DNA of 64,000 nucleotides from Alphaproteobacteria bacterium UBA6376 (GTDB lineage: Bacteria > Pseudomonadota > Alphaproteobacteria > Rs-D84). A model generated the notes under the pieces. The model saw nothing but the letters and a program-made list of their open reading frames with translations, searched no databases and had not been told where the DNA came from. This document shows positions 10,001 through 18,986 of the stretch, piece after piece. The stretch is taken from contig DJQW01000002.1 in assembly GCA_002437665.1 (NCBI GenBank), positions 80,364 to 144,363 of the forward strand, given 5' to 3'. Positions within the stretch are counted from its first letter, which is position 1. Each line of letters begins with the position of its first letter. Position numbers and translations under genes: made by a program.

Positions 10001-12129
10001 CTGATATCGCCAGTTGTTGCGGTCAATGATTTCCCAGACAAAACAATCAAACCATTCGTTGTGCCGCGATTCGTCAGTGATGCAACATTTGCATTCGCCG
10101 CCGCAATTTCCAGCCATGCGCCATTGGTTGCCGATGCCGCACCCGCAACATTCAGCGTCTGGCCCGCTGCACGCGATGCATCCGCCGAACCAAATATCAA
10201 ACGCTGGTTTGCATTTGTCGCCAACGCATCACCACCAATGTCCATCAACGACGCGTCCATACGCACCGTACGTGCAGTTGTATCGGTAACGCGAACGTCC
10301 CCGCCAATATTGATTATGCCGTTATTTGATTTCAACACAAACGCCGTTGTTCCGTCCGCCGCAACCGACATGTCGCCCGCATTTGCCGCGGCACTGCCAC
10401 TGGCGATAAAGTTACCATCAATTTGTACCGAATTTTCAACAGTCAGGTTTTTAACCGCACTGCGCAAACTCAATTTACCGCCAGACACAATCATTTTGTC
10501 CAGAATTTGAATATTGCCAATCAGTGCGTTCATTTCAACCGAACCGCCCAATACGTTCAAATTCTTGGCCGAAATATTGTCGCTGGCATTGCCCGAACCA
10601 ATAACCGTCATCGCGCCGGCATTATTTGTCAAATCGCCGCCAATCGTGATATTACGCGCCGTGATGTCCAAGACCCCTTGGTCACCCGCCGACGTGCCGT
10701 TCACAACGTTACCATCAACCGTCAGCGCACCACTGGACGACGCAGATGCCGCCACACGTAAATCACCAGTGTTCGTAACACTTGCCACATTTACTGTATT
10801 ACCGTCGATGCGCATTTTACTGCCATTTGTGTTGGAAACGTCGCCCCCAACAAACGCGCCACCCGCCGCAATCGTTGCATTTGCGTCCGCACCATCACCA
10901 GAAATCGCCCCTGTTGTAATACTCAGACCACGAATTTCCAACGTGCCCGTATTGCGAATCGATGTTGATGTGAAATTACCCGCACTGTTCAATGTCAATC
11001 CGGCAATACCGCCTTGCGGCAAAATCGACGCATTAGAAATCGCACCAAACGACATATCGCCCAGCGTCGTTTCAATGGTCGCCATACCCTGTTTCAGCAA
11101 GATATCGCCCGTCATCTGCAAAGAACCGGTTTTCAACGTGAATTTACCGCTGTCGGTCATATTGCTCCAATCAATATTCTGGGCAATTTTGGTCAGGCCC
11201 GAAATATTCGCAACAAACACACCACTGTTGACGATGGACGCGTTCTGGCCGTTACCACCATTGATGGTCAAACTGTCACCATTGATGTTCATTGTCCCAG
11301 AAGTATCTTCGTTTGTAATTGCGCCTGCAATCGTAATGTCCTTTGCCGACACAGTAACCGTACCTGCGGCCTTGTTTTCCAAACTGCCCGTGGTGTCGGT
11401 ATTGGTCAACGTCAAATTGCCACCCACCGTTACGTTCAGCGAACCCGCAGAATTTTGAATTGTGCCCGATGTAATATCGCCACCCGCTGTAATCTTGCCA
11501 GTGCTGTTCGCATTCTTGTATGTGAACTGCTTCATAGTAATAGAATCAGTTGCATCCAAATTGACGTCAGCATTTGCCCCCGTGGCATTTACATCAATCG
11601 CACCGGTATTGATGGTATTTGCAATGATGCGCAAAGTGTCGTTTGCATTTATCGCACCCGACGTAAATGAATCGATACCACCACCGGCAACACCACTGTT
11701 TGCCGCCACGCTCAGCGCGCCCAGCGCATTTATCGTGCCACCAATCGACACATCCATGCCCGCCGCCGTGCCGTTCTGAATGCCCAGCGTCATGCCAGAT
11801 TTAATTTCCAGATTATTACCAATGACAACATCGCCATCGGACTGGATGGTGAAAGACCCCGTATCGCGCAAAATTGCCAAATCGCCGTTACCGCCCTGAC
11901 CCGTGCCACCAACATAAACCGCGCCCGCGACATTCAAACCATTTGTCGTTGCCCCATCGCCCAAGACCAAACTGGTGTCCGTTGCGTCAATCGTTTTACT
12001 GGCATCGGTTGCGCCGATATTCAGCCCATCTGCAAACGTGGCCGCGCCCGCACCAAAAGGCATCAAGCAACATACAACAGATACTAATTTTTTTGAAAAC
12101 AGAGACATCTTTCTTTCCATTCCTTGCAA
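7024..12129 (-). CDS. Large autotransporter (type Va secretion) with a Gly/Thr/Asn/Ser-rich beta-helical passenger domain and a C-terminal beta-barrel translocator ending ...SGSYRF.
   Basis: N-terminal signal peptide, ~1300 aa of repetitive G/T/N/S/A-rich passenger sequence, and a C-terminal ~300-aa region with alternating aromatic/hydrophobic strands and a terminal Phe. Confidence 0.8.
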   Translation of the reverse strand: MQGMERKMSLFSKKLVSVVCCLMPFGAGAATFADGLNIGATDASKTIDATDTSLVLGDGATTNGLNVAGAVYVGGTGQGGNGDLAILRDTGSFTIQSDGDVVIGNNLEIKSGMTLGIQNGTAAGMDVSIGGTINALGALSVAANSGVAGGGIDSFTSGAINANDTLRIIANTINTGAIDVNATGANADVNLDATDSITMKQFTYKNANSTGKITAGGDITSGTIQNSAGSLNVTVGGNLTLTNTDTTGSLENKAAGTVTVSAKDITIAGAITNEDTSGTMNINGDSLTINGGNGQNASIVNSGVFVANISGLTKIAQNIDWSNMTDSGKFTLKTGSLQMTGDILLKQGMATIETTLGDMSFGAISNASILPQGGIAGLTLNSAGNFTSTSIRNTGTLEIRGLSITTGAISGDGADANATIAAGGAFVGGDVSNTNGSKMRIDGNTVNVASVTNTGDLRVAASASSSGALTVDGNVVNGTSAGDQGVLDITARNITIGGDLTNNAGAMTVIGSGNASDNISAKNLNVLGGSVEMNALIGNIQILDKMIVSGGKLSLRSAVKNLTVENSVQIDGNFIASGSAAANAGDMSVAADGTTAFVLKSNNGIINIGGDVRVTDTTARTVRMDASLMDIGGDALATNANQRLIFGSADASRAAGQTLNVAGAASATNGAWLEIAAANANVASLTNRGTTNGLIVLSGKSLTATTGDISVGGELLFNDATPTWGMTGMVISGNEYTMETSVGGMSFDSVTIANGKTLTLTSHQDFTMDGALATNGTVKIDAVGTAKIGGQTSNGGTLTINGATIDMGALASSGNANINSASDLTIGQIDNTGTLNLVAADSITAGAIESNLKLNISAEKLNMAMLTVSGGSAVINAPTITSDDLISVAGNITHASDVAGAAASGLSIVGNTNVTAGSLTATGALMADTGTVAYDVKNAVAFTGAANVAAGATTSISSENSSIAFGGISNKGTLTLNAARGMTLGAVDNDGDLTIASGADVANVDYFANNGTATLSGAGMKSAGAFTVKNLYQNYAGTIAVRDANITGDSYALSASNVIVGGNIQQTSGALDINTTDLTVAGNIDVKNMRVYSNAGLTVGVTGNVSGGARFGGLQEMTIGGNYLFDNDSGLYVDVRRRDVLTAPTRNYWSSVSLADDNTLGRITNATDGNAGALIQVDGAFTSDLTLSRNPSTGFANATDQIGVALRELATVGDAIWLVHADDGITELGDKLRNLNVVVCNNTGTMCYDYFSGALVDADSAYLTVRDTDGDGIDDSIYLVFDPRFGGPVEVFKIQPIVGRTPGHTSGEYMSAGALDDMLDGAAAGKGFYGRHALEMLPVIFRGTNLEQLGNELYKRMEDYNTNRDGTALSRFSRLVQPREIEQVVGSIVLNEHTNFRSFEDRMFDEFIWNRNRNLKKAWVDAEFGMFNQKVSDGKRVDGNRINVAGGFDWQHSETLILGLTGRISHMSADNSDSMNLGYTVENPFIAGNVDVKVADTNIGLGGYLMQTLGEKTRVYGNAFLDIHVLDTTRHQTYINGAIDGTGYDVAFTSEWGLLHDWLNQYVVGNMYARVGYNFGFSLTEKARGHDYMDMESDGYLIFTPGYSLTAQKRIYPSAWFQIRPYATIGIEYDVLGAPDNAKYKFSVANSFTKYDIDIDPMWANIGGGVEMLSASGLQIGLDYRYQYNQDIQLHNIKVSGSYRF

Positions 12130-12147
12130 TTTGTTATTCCATTATAA

Positions 12148-13476
<1,329 letters not shown>

Positions 13477-13536
13477 TTTACTAGAAATGTAACAAACGGG
13501 GGGCGAAATCGTGCGCCCCCTTTTTTCTGAGGCCCA

Positions 13537-13743
13537 ATGATAACAACGCACCAAATTTTTATTATTGCCAAATACGCAATCGCAGTATTGCTGGCCATTG
13601 GCATATTCTTGGCCCCCGCATGGATTGCGCGCCAAACGGCACGGGGCAAGCAAGATATGATTCTGGTTCGCTTGGGCAGTTGGGTATTCAGTTGGACTGG
13701 CATCGGATGGCTGTGGGCATTATTCTGGGCCAGCAAGAAATAA
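13537..13743 (+). CDS. Small inner-membrane protein resembling the superinfection-immunity (Imm) family.
   Basis: 68 aa with two TM helices and a C-terminal ...WTGIGWLWALFWA motif, similar to the PF14373-type consensus (WT.IGW...ALIWA). An SD (GAGG) is present. Confidence 0.45.
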   Translation: MITTHQIFIIAKYAIAVLLAIGIFLAPAWIARQTARGKQDMILVRLGSWVFSWTGIGWLWALFWASKK

Positions 13744-13920
13744 TTTTTTCATAATCTATAATCGTATCGCCTGCTGTCTAGCCCCCCCCTTGTCATTGCG
13801 AGCGCAGCGTGGCAATCCAGTCAGTAGAGTTGCACCGAATGGCGCACAATATGTATTCTCTATTATCTATGCTCTAAAAAAATGTCCGCGGGTGGCGGCG
13901 GACACAACATCACCACAAAA

Positions 13921-14508
13921 TCACGCACCAGTACTACTGCTGGAATCTGGATTAACCGTACGTTCATAACCCTCGCCATTGTCAATATCGCATTCGGCAT
14001 AACAAACGTCATCAATCATCAAATACCCGTTGGAACATGTGTTGACATCGCAAAGTTCCCAGTCACCATATTTACTACATGTTTGTGTCCCAGAACCCTT
14101 TGTAGTTACACAATCCTGGGTATCCCCAGGGGTGCAATCTGGTTTTTTACATTTTCCTGATGTATGATTCAATTCATAACGATGATGCACATCCTCGCTA
14201 TTAACGTCCAACCACGATTCTTCAACGCATGTAACCTTGTATTGCAACACGGTTGTATCGTCGCAATAACAGTCAACACTAGAAATGTCGGTAATATTTT
14301 TTTCTGTTACTGGGGCATCGTACGAATCAATTTTACAATCGTGGGTATACCATGCTGCGCTACCTTGATTGTCATTCAGCGTCGGCCCGCCACACTTCAA
14401 CCTAATATAACTGCGTGATGCGGCATCGGCATCTTTACTGTGTATAACGCCCACGAATGCCAGCACCGTTGCCCAAAAGCGAAACCAAGATGATTTTATT
14501 TTTTGCAT
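13921..14508 (-). CDS. Cys-rich secreted protein, paralog A1 (195 aa, ~16 Cys).
   Basis: Signal peptide MQKIKSSWFRFWATVLAFVGVIHSKDADA. It is a paralog of 15832..16398 (nearly identical signal peptide, conserved C-terminus ...C.NGYL.IDD.CY.EC..D.G.G.E...SSSST.A). A terminator hairpin lies downstream. Confidence 0.75.
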   Translation of the reverse strand: MQKIKSSWFRFWATVLAFVGVIHSKDADAASRSYIRLKCGGPTLNDNQGSAAWYTHDCKIDSYDAPVTEKNITDISSVDCYCDDTTVLQYKVTCVEESWLDVNSEDVHHRYELNHTSGKCKKPDCTPGDTQDCVTTKGSGTQTCSKYGDWELCDVNTCSNGYLMIDDVCYAECDIDNGEGYERTVNPDSSSSTGA

Positions 14509-14527
14509 TTTATTTTCCCCCTAAATA

Positions 14528-14911
14528 TCAATATTTACAATCACCGCCAGAATATTGCCAATTACCCGTACTATCTTTGAATGTTTGGTAATCATAAGGC
14601 GAAATATAACACGCACCTTCCAGCAAAGGTTCATTGGGTGCAACCGGTTTCAGCGTCAGGCCGGTGTGCGGACTGCCGATAACATCGGCTTGCCATGTGC
14701 GAACCTTGGCTGTGCCACCACTGGCCAGCATCTTGCCAGGACACTTGGTACATTTGGTGTACATTGTTTCGCCTGACTTATAATCCATAAACCCTTCTGT
14801 TGCGAAATAGCCATCAGCGCACTGGCGTACAACACATCGCGTAACGGTACTGGCGTTTGCACCACCTGCCGCCAATAAAATCGCAAAACCACAGACAATG
14901 AATTTTTTCAT
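14528..14911 (-). CDS. Small Cys-rich secreted protein, paralog B1 (127 aa, 6 Cys in the mature protein).
   Basis: Signal peptide. The C-terminal 75 aa are nearly identical to the ORF at 15414..15803 (GGTAKVRTW..DVIGSPHTGLTLKP.APNEPLL..ACYISPYDYQTFKDSTGNWQYSGGDCKY), with about 90% nucleotide identity. Confidence 0.8.
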   Translation of the reverse strand: MKKFIVCGFAILLAAGGANASTVTRCVVRQCADGYFATEGFMDYKSGETMYTKCTKCPGKMLASGGTAKVRTWQADVIGSPHTGLTLKPVAPNEPLLEGACYISPYDYQTFKDSTGNWQYSGGDCKY

Positions 14912-14959
14912 ATTTTCCTTTCCCTTTTTTCGTCGGGCACAAAAAACACCCTGCCAAGG

Positions 14960-15095
14960 CGGGTGGTTGGAGGTTAAGAACTATAATTTACAGAAAATAG
15001 CGGGCTTATTCGAATATATCGCCACCCTCCAACCCGAACATAGATTGGAGGTATTTTTTGTCCCCTCGGACACTGTAAATTAGAGGTTCTTACGC
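14960..15095. mobile_element. MITE-like imperfect palindrome between the divergent Cys-rich operons. It has ~22-bp terminal inverted repeats (GTTAAGAACTATAATTTACAG / CTGTAAATTAGAGGTTCTTAC) and internal GGTGGTTGGAGG / CCTCCAACCC complementarity.
   Basis: The inverted repeats were read directly from the sequence. The size and structure resemble Correia/MITE-type elements. Confidence 0.45.
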
Positions 15096-15413
15096 CCCGA
15101 CATGGCCGCTTCGCCTTGTCATAAACACTCTAACACAGATAAAATTCCCACGCAACAGGAAAGTGCACAGAGCACACATAACAATCAAATACTGATTGCA
15201 AAAAAGACGTTTCCATTATACAATAATCCTGCCATTGGGTATTCTGATGGTTGGGCTTCACAACCCACAGATGGCGTCAGAGAAGACGAAAAAACTCCAA
15301 TCATGCACATGGTTGGAGACGGGTGGAATATATTGAATACACTCGGCTATCTATCTGTAGTTGTGAATCTCCAACCGCCAATTCTGGCGGTTTTTCTTAA
15401 AAAAGGAGATTAC

Positions 15414-15803
15414 ATGAAAAAAATACTAATTTTTGGGTTATCTATTTTGTGGATGCCATGTATGACGCATGCAGCATACGAGCAGGTGAAAATTTGTGCG
15501 ATTTTCCAATGCAACGACGGTTTTTATGCCGATAGTGTACGAAGCGATACTTATTTTCAAAAGACATATTACACCAGTTGCACCAAATGCCCAAGCAAAA
15601 CATTGGCGGATGGTGGCACGGCCAAGGTACGCACATGGTCGGTTGATGTTATCGGCAGTCCGCATACCGGCCTGACACTGAAACCGATTGCACCCAATGA
15701 ACCATTGTTGCGAAGTGCGTGTTATATATCGCCTTATGATTACCAAACGTTCAAAGATAGTACTGGTAATTGGCAATATTCTGGTGGTGATTGCAAATAT
15801 TGA
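15414..15803 (+). CDS. Small Cys-rich secreted protein, paralog B2 (130 aa). The ORF-track start at 15102 is probably spurious.
   Basis: An SD (AAGGAG) lies 7 nt upstream of ATG 15414. Signal peptide MKKILIFGLSILWMPCMTHAA. The C-terminus is nearly identical to B1. Confidence 0.8.
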   Translation: MKKILIFGLSILWMPCMTHAAYEQVKICAIFQCNDGFYADSVRSDTYFQKTYYTSCTKCPSKTLADGGTAKVRTWSVDVIGSPHTGLTLKPIAPNEPLLRSACYISPYDYQTFKDSTGNWQYSGGDCKY

Positions 15804-15831
15804 TATGAATTTTTTTTAGGAGGAAGATAAA

Positions 15832-16398
15832 ATGCAAAAAATTAAATCATCTTGGTTTCGTTTTTGGGCAGCGGTGCTGGCGTTCGTGGGCGTTATGCAC
15901 AGCAAAGATGCCGATGCGGCACGTAAAACAGTAACCGTAACATGTGGCGGCACACAAAGCACCGATCAGATTCATGTAACCAGAACGGAATGTATATTAG
16001 AATCGACAACAAATGTCCGTACAAGTTTGGGGGATGGTGACATGATTCAATGTTATTGCGATAACACGACATTGTTGCAATATCGAATGACGTGTTCAAA
16101 AAGCACGACCTATAACGAAAAAAGCGAAAGTGTGTACACAAACTGGTCTTTGTCACAGACCCGTGGCACGTGCAAGGCAGAATGCACCGTTGGTGCAACG
16201 CGTTCTTGCTCAACATCATCATACACTGGTACACAGACGTGCAACGTATTCGGTACTTGGAATACATGTGATAGAACGTCGTGCAAAAGCGGTTACCTGT
16301 TGATTGATGACACGTGTTACCCCGAATGCACGGTTGATGATGGCACAGGGTTTGAAATAACAATTTTTGAGGGCAGCAGCAGTAGTACCGAGGCATAG
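15832..16398 (+). CDS. Cys-rich secreted protein, paralog A2 (188 aa).
   Basis: An SD (AGGAGG) is present. The signal peptide is nearly identical to A1. The Cys pattern and C-terminus are conserved. A terminator hairpin (GTGTCCGCCACCCGCGGACAC) lies downstream. Confidence 0.8.
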   Translation: MQKIKSSWFRFWAAVLAFVGVMHSKDADAARKTVTVTCGGTQSTDQIHVTRTECILESTTNVRTSLGDGDMIQCYCDNTTLLQYRMTCSKSTTYNEKSESVYTNWSLSQTRGTCKAECTVGATRSCSTSSYTGTQTCNVFGTWNTCDRTSCKSGYLLIDDTCYPECTVDDGTGFEITIFEGSSSSTEA

Positions 16399-16439
16399 TT
16401 TTTATTATGACAATGTGTCCGCCACCCGCGGACACATTT

Positions 16440-17040
16440 TTATACTGGATTGTTTTGCATTAAATTCCCCTCTATTGGAGGGGGGGCCGCAGGACGGGGT
16501 GGTCGAGAGAACGCGTAATTATAGATGCGTGCTTTCTGACAAAAGACCACCTCCCCGCTACGCGGTACTCCCCCACAAGAGGAGAACTTTGTCCGCAACA
16601 AGAATGAGTATTACATTCTAGAAACTTGTCATTCCCGCGCAGGCGGGAATAGGGACTAAGCAGTGCGAACGTAGTGAGCCAAATACAAAAAAGTTGCGGT
16701 CTTTATAATTTTCGTAAATTGTACATAAACGAAAATTAGTAATTTCAGAGACCCTATTCCTGCCTGCGCAGGAATGACAAAGAGGCGTGCTGCGCAACAT
16801 TATCAACTGGATTGCTTCGTTACACTCGCAATGACGTTGTTTTTTGCATGTGTCGCCTGCGGGCTAACGCCCTTGCCGCATCCTGCGCTTCGCTTGGATT
16901 CATTGCGAGGAATGAAATGACGAAGCAATCCAGTAAATAAAAAAGTGCGCCGGTGGCGCGGCTCTCTTATTACCTGGATTCCGTGGTCGAGCCACGGAAT
17001 GACAAAAAGGTAAGTCCGCAGGCGACACATATGCAAAAAA
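16440..17040. repeat. Cluster of mosaic intergenic repeat modules (NIME/dRS3-like). It includes ATTCCCGCGCAGGCGGGAAT at 16626-16645 and ATTCCTGCCTGCGCAGGAAT at 16756-16775. It also includes TGTCATTGCGAG..GCAATCCAGT units in both orientations and a ~115-bp structured module at 16478-16595.
   Basis: Related modules recur at 13786-13817, 30270-30700, 33100-33235 and 48890-49075. Confidence 0.8.
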
Positions 17041-17131
17041 TCTATTATCTATTCTCTATTATCTATGCTCTAAAAAAAAACACAGGGGGCAAAAGCCCCC
17101 TGTGCAAATAGCGATTTAATCGGCACAGAAA

Positions 17132-17290
17132 TTATTTTTCACTCTGGTTGCCACTGTGTAAATTCACGCCGCGCGCCATAAATTCGGCCGCCAAATTCAC
17201 CGCAGCAATACCTTTCTTGTACCCTGCCCCAGCATTCTTGTTTGCCAATGCGCTGGACGCGGTATTAAACTTGCTCACATTATCAGTCAT
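17132..17290 (-). CDS. Possible small protein (52 aa: MTDNVSKFNTASSALANKNAGAGYKKGIAAVNLAAEFMARGVNLHSGNQSEK).
   Basis: An SD (AAGAGG) lies 8 nt upstream. A terminator hairpin (CACAGGGGGC/GCCCCCTGTG) lies downstream. The ORF is below the ORF-track length cutoff and has no recognizable family. Confidence 0.25.
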   Translation of the reverse strand: MTDNVSKFNTASSALANKNAGAGYKKGIAAVNLAAEFMARGVNLHSGNQSEK

Positions 17291-17378
17291 ATTCAATGCC
17301 TCTTGTCAAAACATCTCTCTGACAGTGGTCAGATTAAACTAATAAAACTTTTTTGTCAAGTATTATTGTCAACCCCAC

Positions 17379-18899
17379 TTACTCGTCACAGCCATACATT
17401 CCGCATGGTTCATTCGCCGAATATTCTTCGACAACAATCGGTGCGGCCTTGGCTTCTTCGGTATAGTGCGTTTCTTTGACCACACGCACACGACGGTTTG
17501 CCGCGTTTGCGACACCATCGGCGGTTGGCACGGCCAAATCTTCCTCGCCGGACGAAACCGCAACAATCTGGCTGGCTGGGATGCCGTATTTAATCAGCAT
17601 TTTCTGAACCGCCTCTGCACGACGGCCACCCAATGCATAGTTATAATCCTTGCTGCCCATTGTGTCGGTATGACCAACCACGGACACCTTGATATTCTTG
17701 TTGTTCTGGGTTGCATCCGCCAATTTACGGATTAAATCCTGATATTCTGGTTTGATTGTCGCCTTGTTAAAATCAAAGCGGATTTCAAACACCTCTTCCA
17801 TCACGTGCTGTTTTGGTTCCAACGGAATCTGCTGAACCTTGATGATGGTCTTTTCATTTGTCGCCGCCTGAATTTGATCCAAGCGTGAATTGATTGCCGC
17901 CAATTCCGCGCGCATCGCCATCATCATGTTGATAAATTCTTCACGTGTGACCAATTCATCACCAATCTGTGGGATTTCTTCGGTGGTCTGCTGTTGCTGT
18001 GGTACGCAATCCGCATTATTCACGTTATTGCCACAATCCGCCGCCAAAACCGCGGTGTTGTTGCTGTTAGACATGCTCTTGTCACCGCCGTAAATATTCT
18101 GGTTAAACACCACTGGTTGAACCGGCACAGGGTTTATCAAGTGCTGTGGCACATTTACATTGTTCACAATAATAACCCCCTCGCGCGCACGACCCGCGCC
18201 ATTTACCGCACGCAGTGAACGTGTATCTGGGTAATAATCGGTTGGAACATTGCTGGCGTTTGTGATGCGCGATTTAACCGCAACTGTTTCAGACGCCGTT
18301 GTTGTTGCAATGGCAGTGTTCTGTTGTTTCGTATTTACAATCTTCCCCCCCTGACAATCGCGCAATGCGGTCAACGTACGCTGGAAACGATCGCGACATT
18401 CACGCGCCGTACCATCCTGACCACTGGCCGCCGCCGACAACCAGCAATCAAATTTTGCCTGTGCTTCGGCCGCCAACTGTGGATTATTTGTGGTTGCATC
18501 GTTTTTGAATTGTTCAATCAAATCGTTATACGCCGCCGACAATTCGAACGCGGTCTGTTGATCTTCGACCGGCCAATTATCCAATGTTTCTGGGAATGGC
18601 ACTTCGCCACTGAATGCCGCCACGGCCTTTTGCGCGAACAGTTCGCCCATTTCAGAATACCCACTGGTGCGCGCATTATAAATAGCATAAGAACGATAAT
18701 TCATCGCCAACTGATTCAAAAAGGAATCCTGATGTGGTGCGGAATAAACGTCCAACTGTTCCACATAGTCAACCGTCGGTGTGTCAATGGGTGCATAATC
18801 GTCATTCTTTTGACCTGCGCACGCCGCCAGTGCAACGACAGACGCCGCCATCATCATGCGTGATATAATCCATGTTGATACACAAGATTTATTTTTCAT
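17379..18899 (-). CDS. OmpA-family lipoprotein/peptidoglycan-associated protein with a C-terminal OmpA domain.
   Basis: The lipoprotein signal (…VALAACAG) follows the internal Met MKNKS. The C-terminal OmpA_C-like region (...NKNIKVSVVGHTDTMGSKDYNYALGGRRAEAV...RRVRVV) was recognized. Confidence 0.8.
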   Translation of the reverse strand: MKNKSCVSTWIISRMMMAASVVALAACAGQKNDDYAPIDTPTVDYVEQLDVYSAPHQDSFLNQLAMNYRSYAIYNARTSGYSEMGELFAQKAVAAFSGEVPFPETLDNWPVEDQQTAFELSAAYNDLIEQFKNDATTNNPQLAAEAQAKFDCWLSAAASGQDGTARECRDRFQRTLTALRDCQGGKIVNTKQQNTAIATTTASETVAVKSRITNASNVPTDYYPDTRSLRAVNGAGRAREGVIIVNNVNVPQHLINPVPVQPVVFNQNIYGGDKSMSNSNNTAVLAADCGNNVNNADCVPQQQQTTEEIPQIGDELVTREEFINMMMAMRAELAAINSRLDQIQAATNEKTIIKVQQIPLEPKQHVMEEVFEIRFDFNKATIKPEYQDLIRKLADATQNNKNIKVSVVGHTDTMGSKDYNYALGGRRAEAVQKMLIKYGIPASQIVAVSSGEEDLAVPTADGVANAANRRVRVVKETHYTEEAKAAPIVVEEYSANEPCGMYGCDE

Positions 18900-18986
18900 G
18901 AAAAATTCCTTTCTATAATCCAGCATATTATACGATTTTTCGCCATATGAGTAAAGCAAAAAAACAGTCCCGTGCGGGGACTGCTC

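Noticed and set aside
9164-11779. Long plus-strand ORFs (9164..10510, 10514..11458, 11014..11670, 11462..11779) antisense to the autotransporter gene.
   Set aside because: They lie wholly inside the 1701-aa autotransporter CDS on the other strand. Their low-complexity P/A/V/S-rich translations are typical shadow ORFs of G/T/N-rich repetitive coding sequence.
15102-15413. The 104-aa N-terminal extension of the ORF-track ORF 15102..15803.
   Set aside because: A strong SD (AAGGAG) and a signal peptide begin at the internal ATG 15414. The upstream part overlaps the MITE-like palindrome and has no paralog counterpart in B1.
17148-17342. Plus-strand 64-aa ORF downstream of the repeat cluster.
   Set aside because: The opposite strand carries a better-supported small ORF (17132..17290) with an SD and a terminator. 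The plus-strand ORF has neither.
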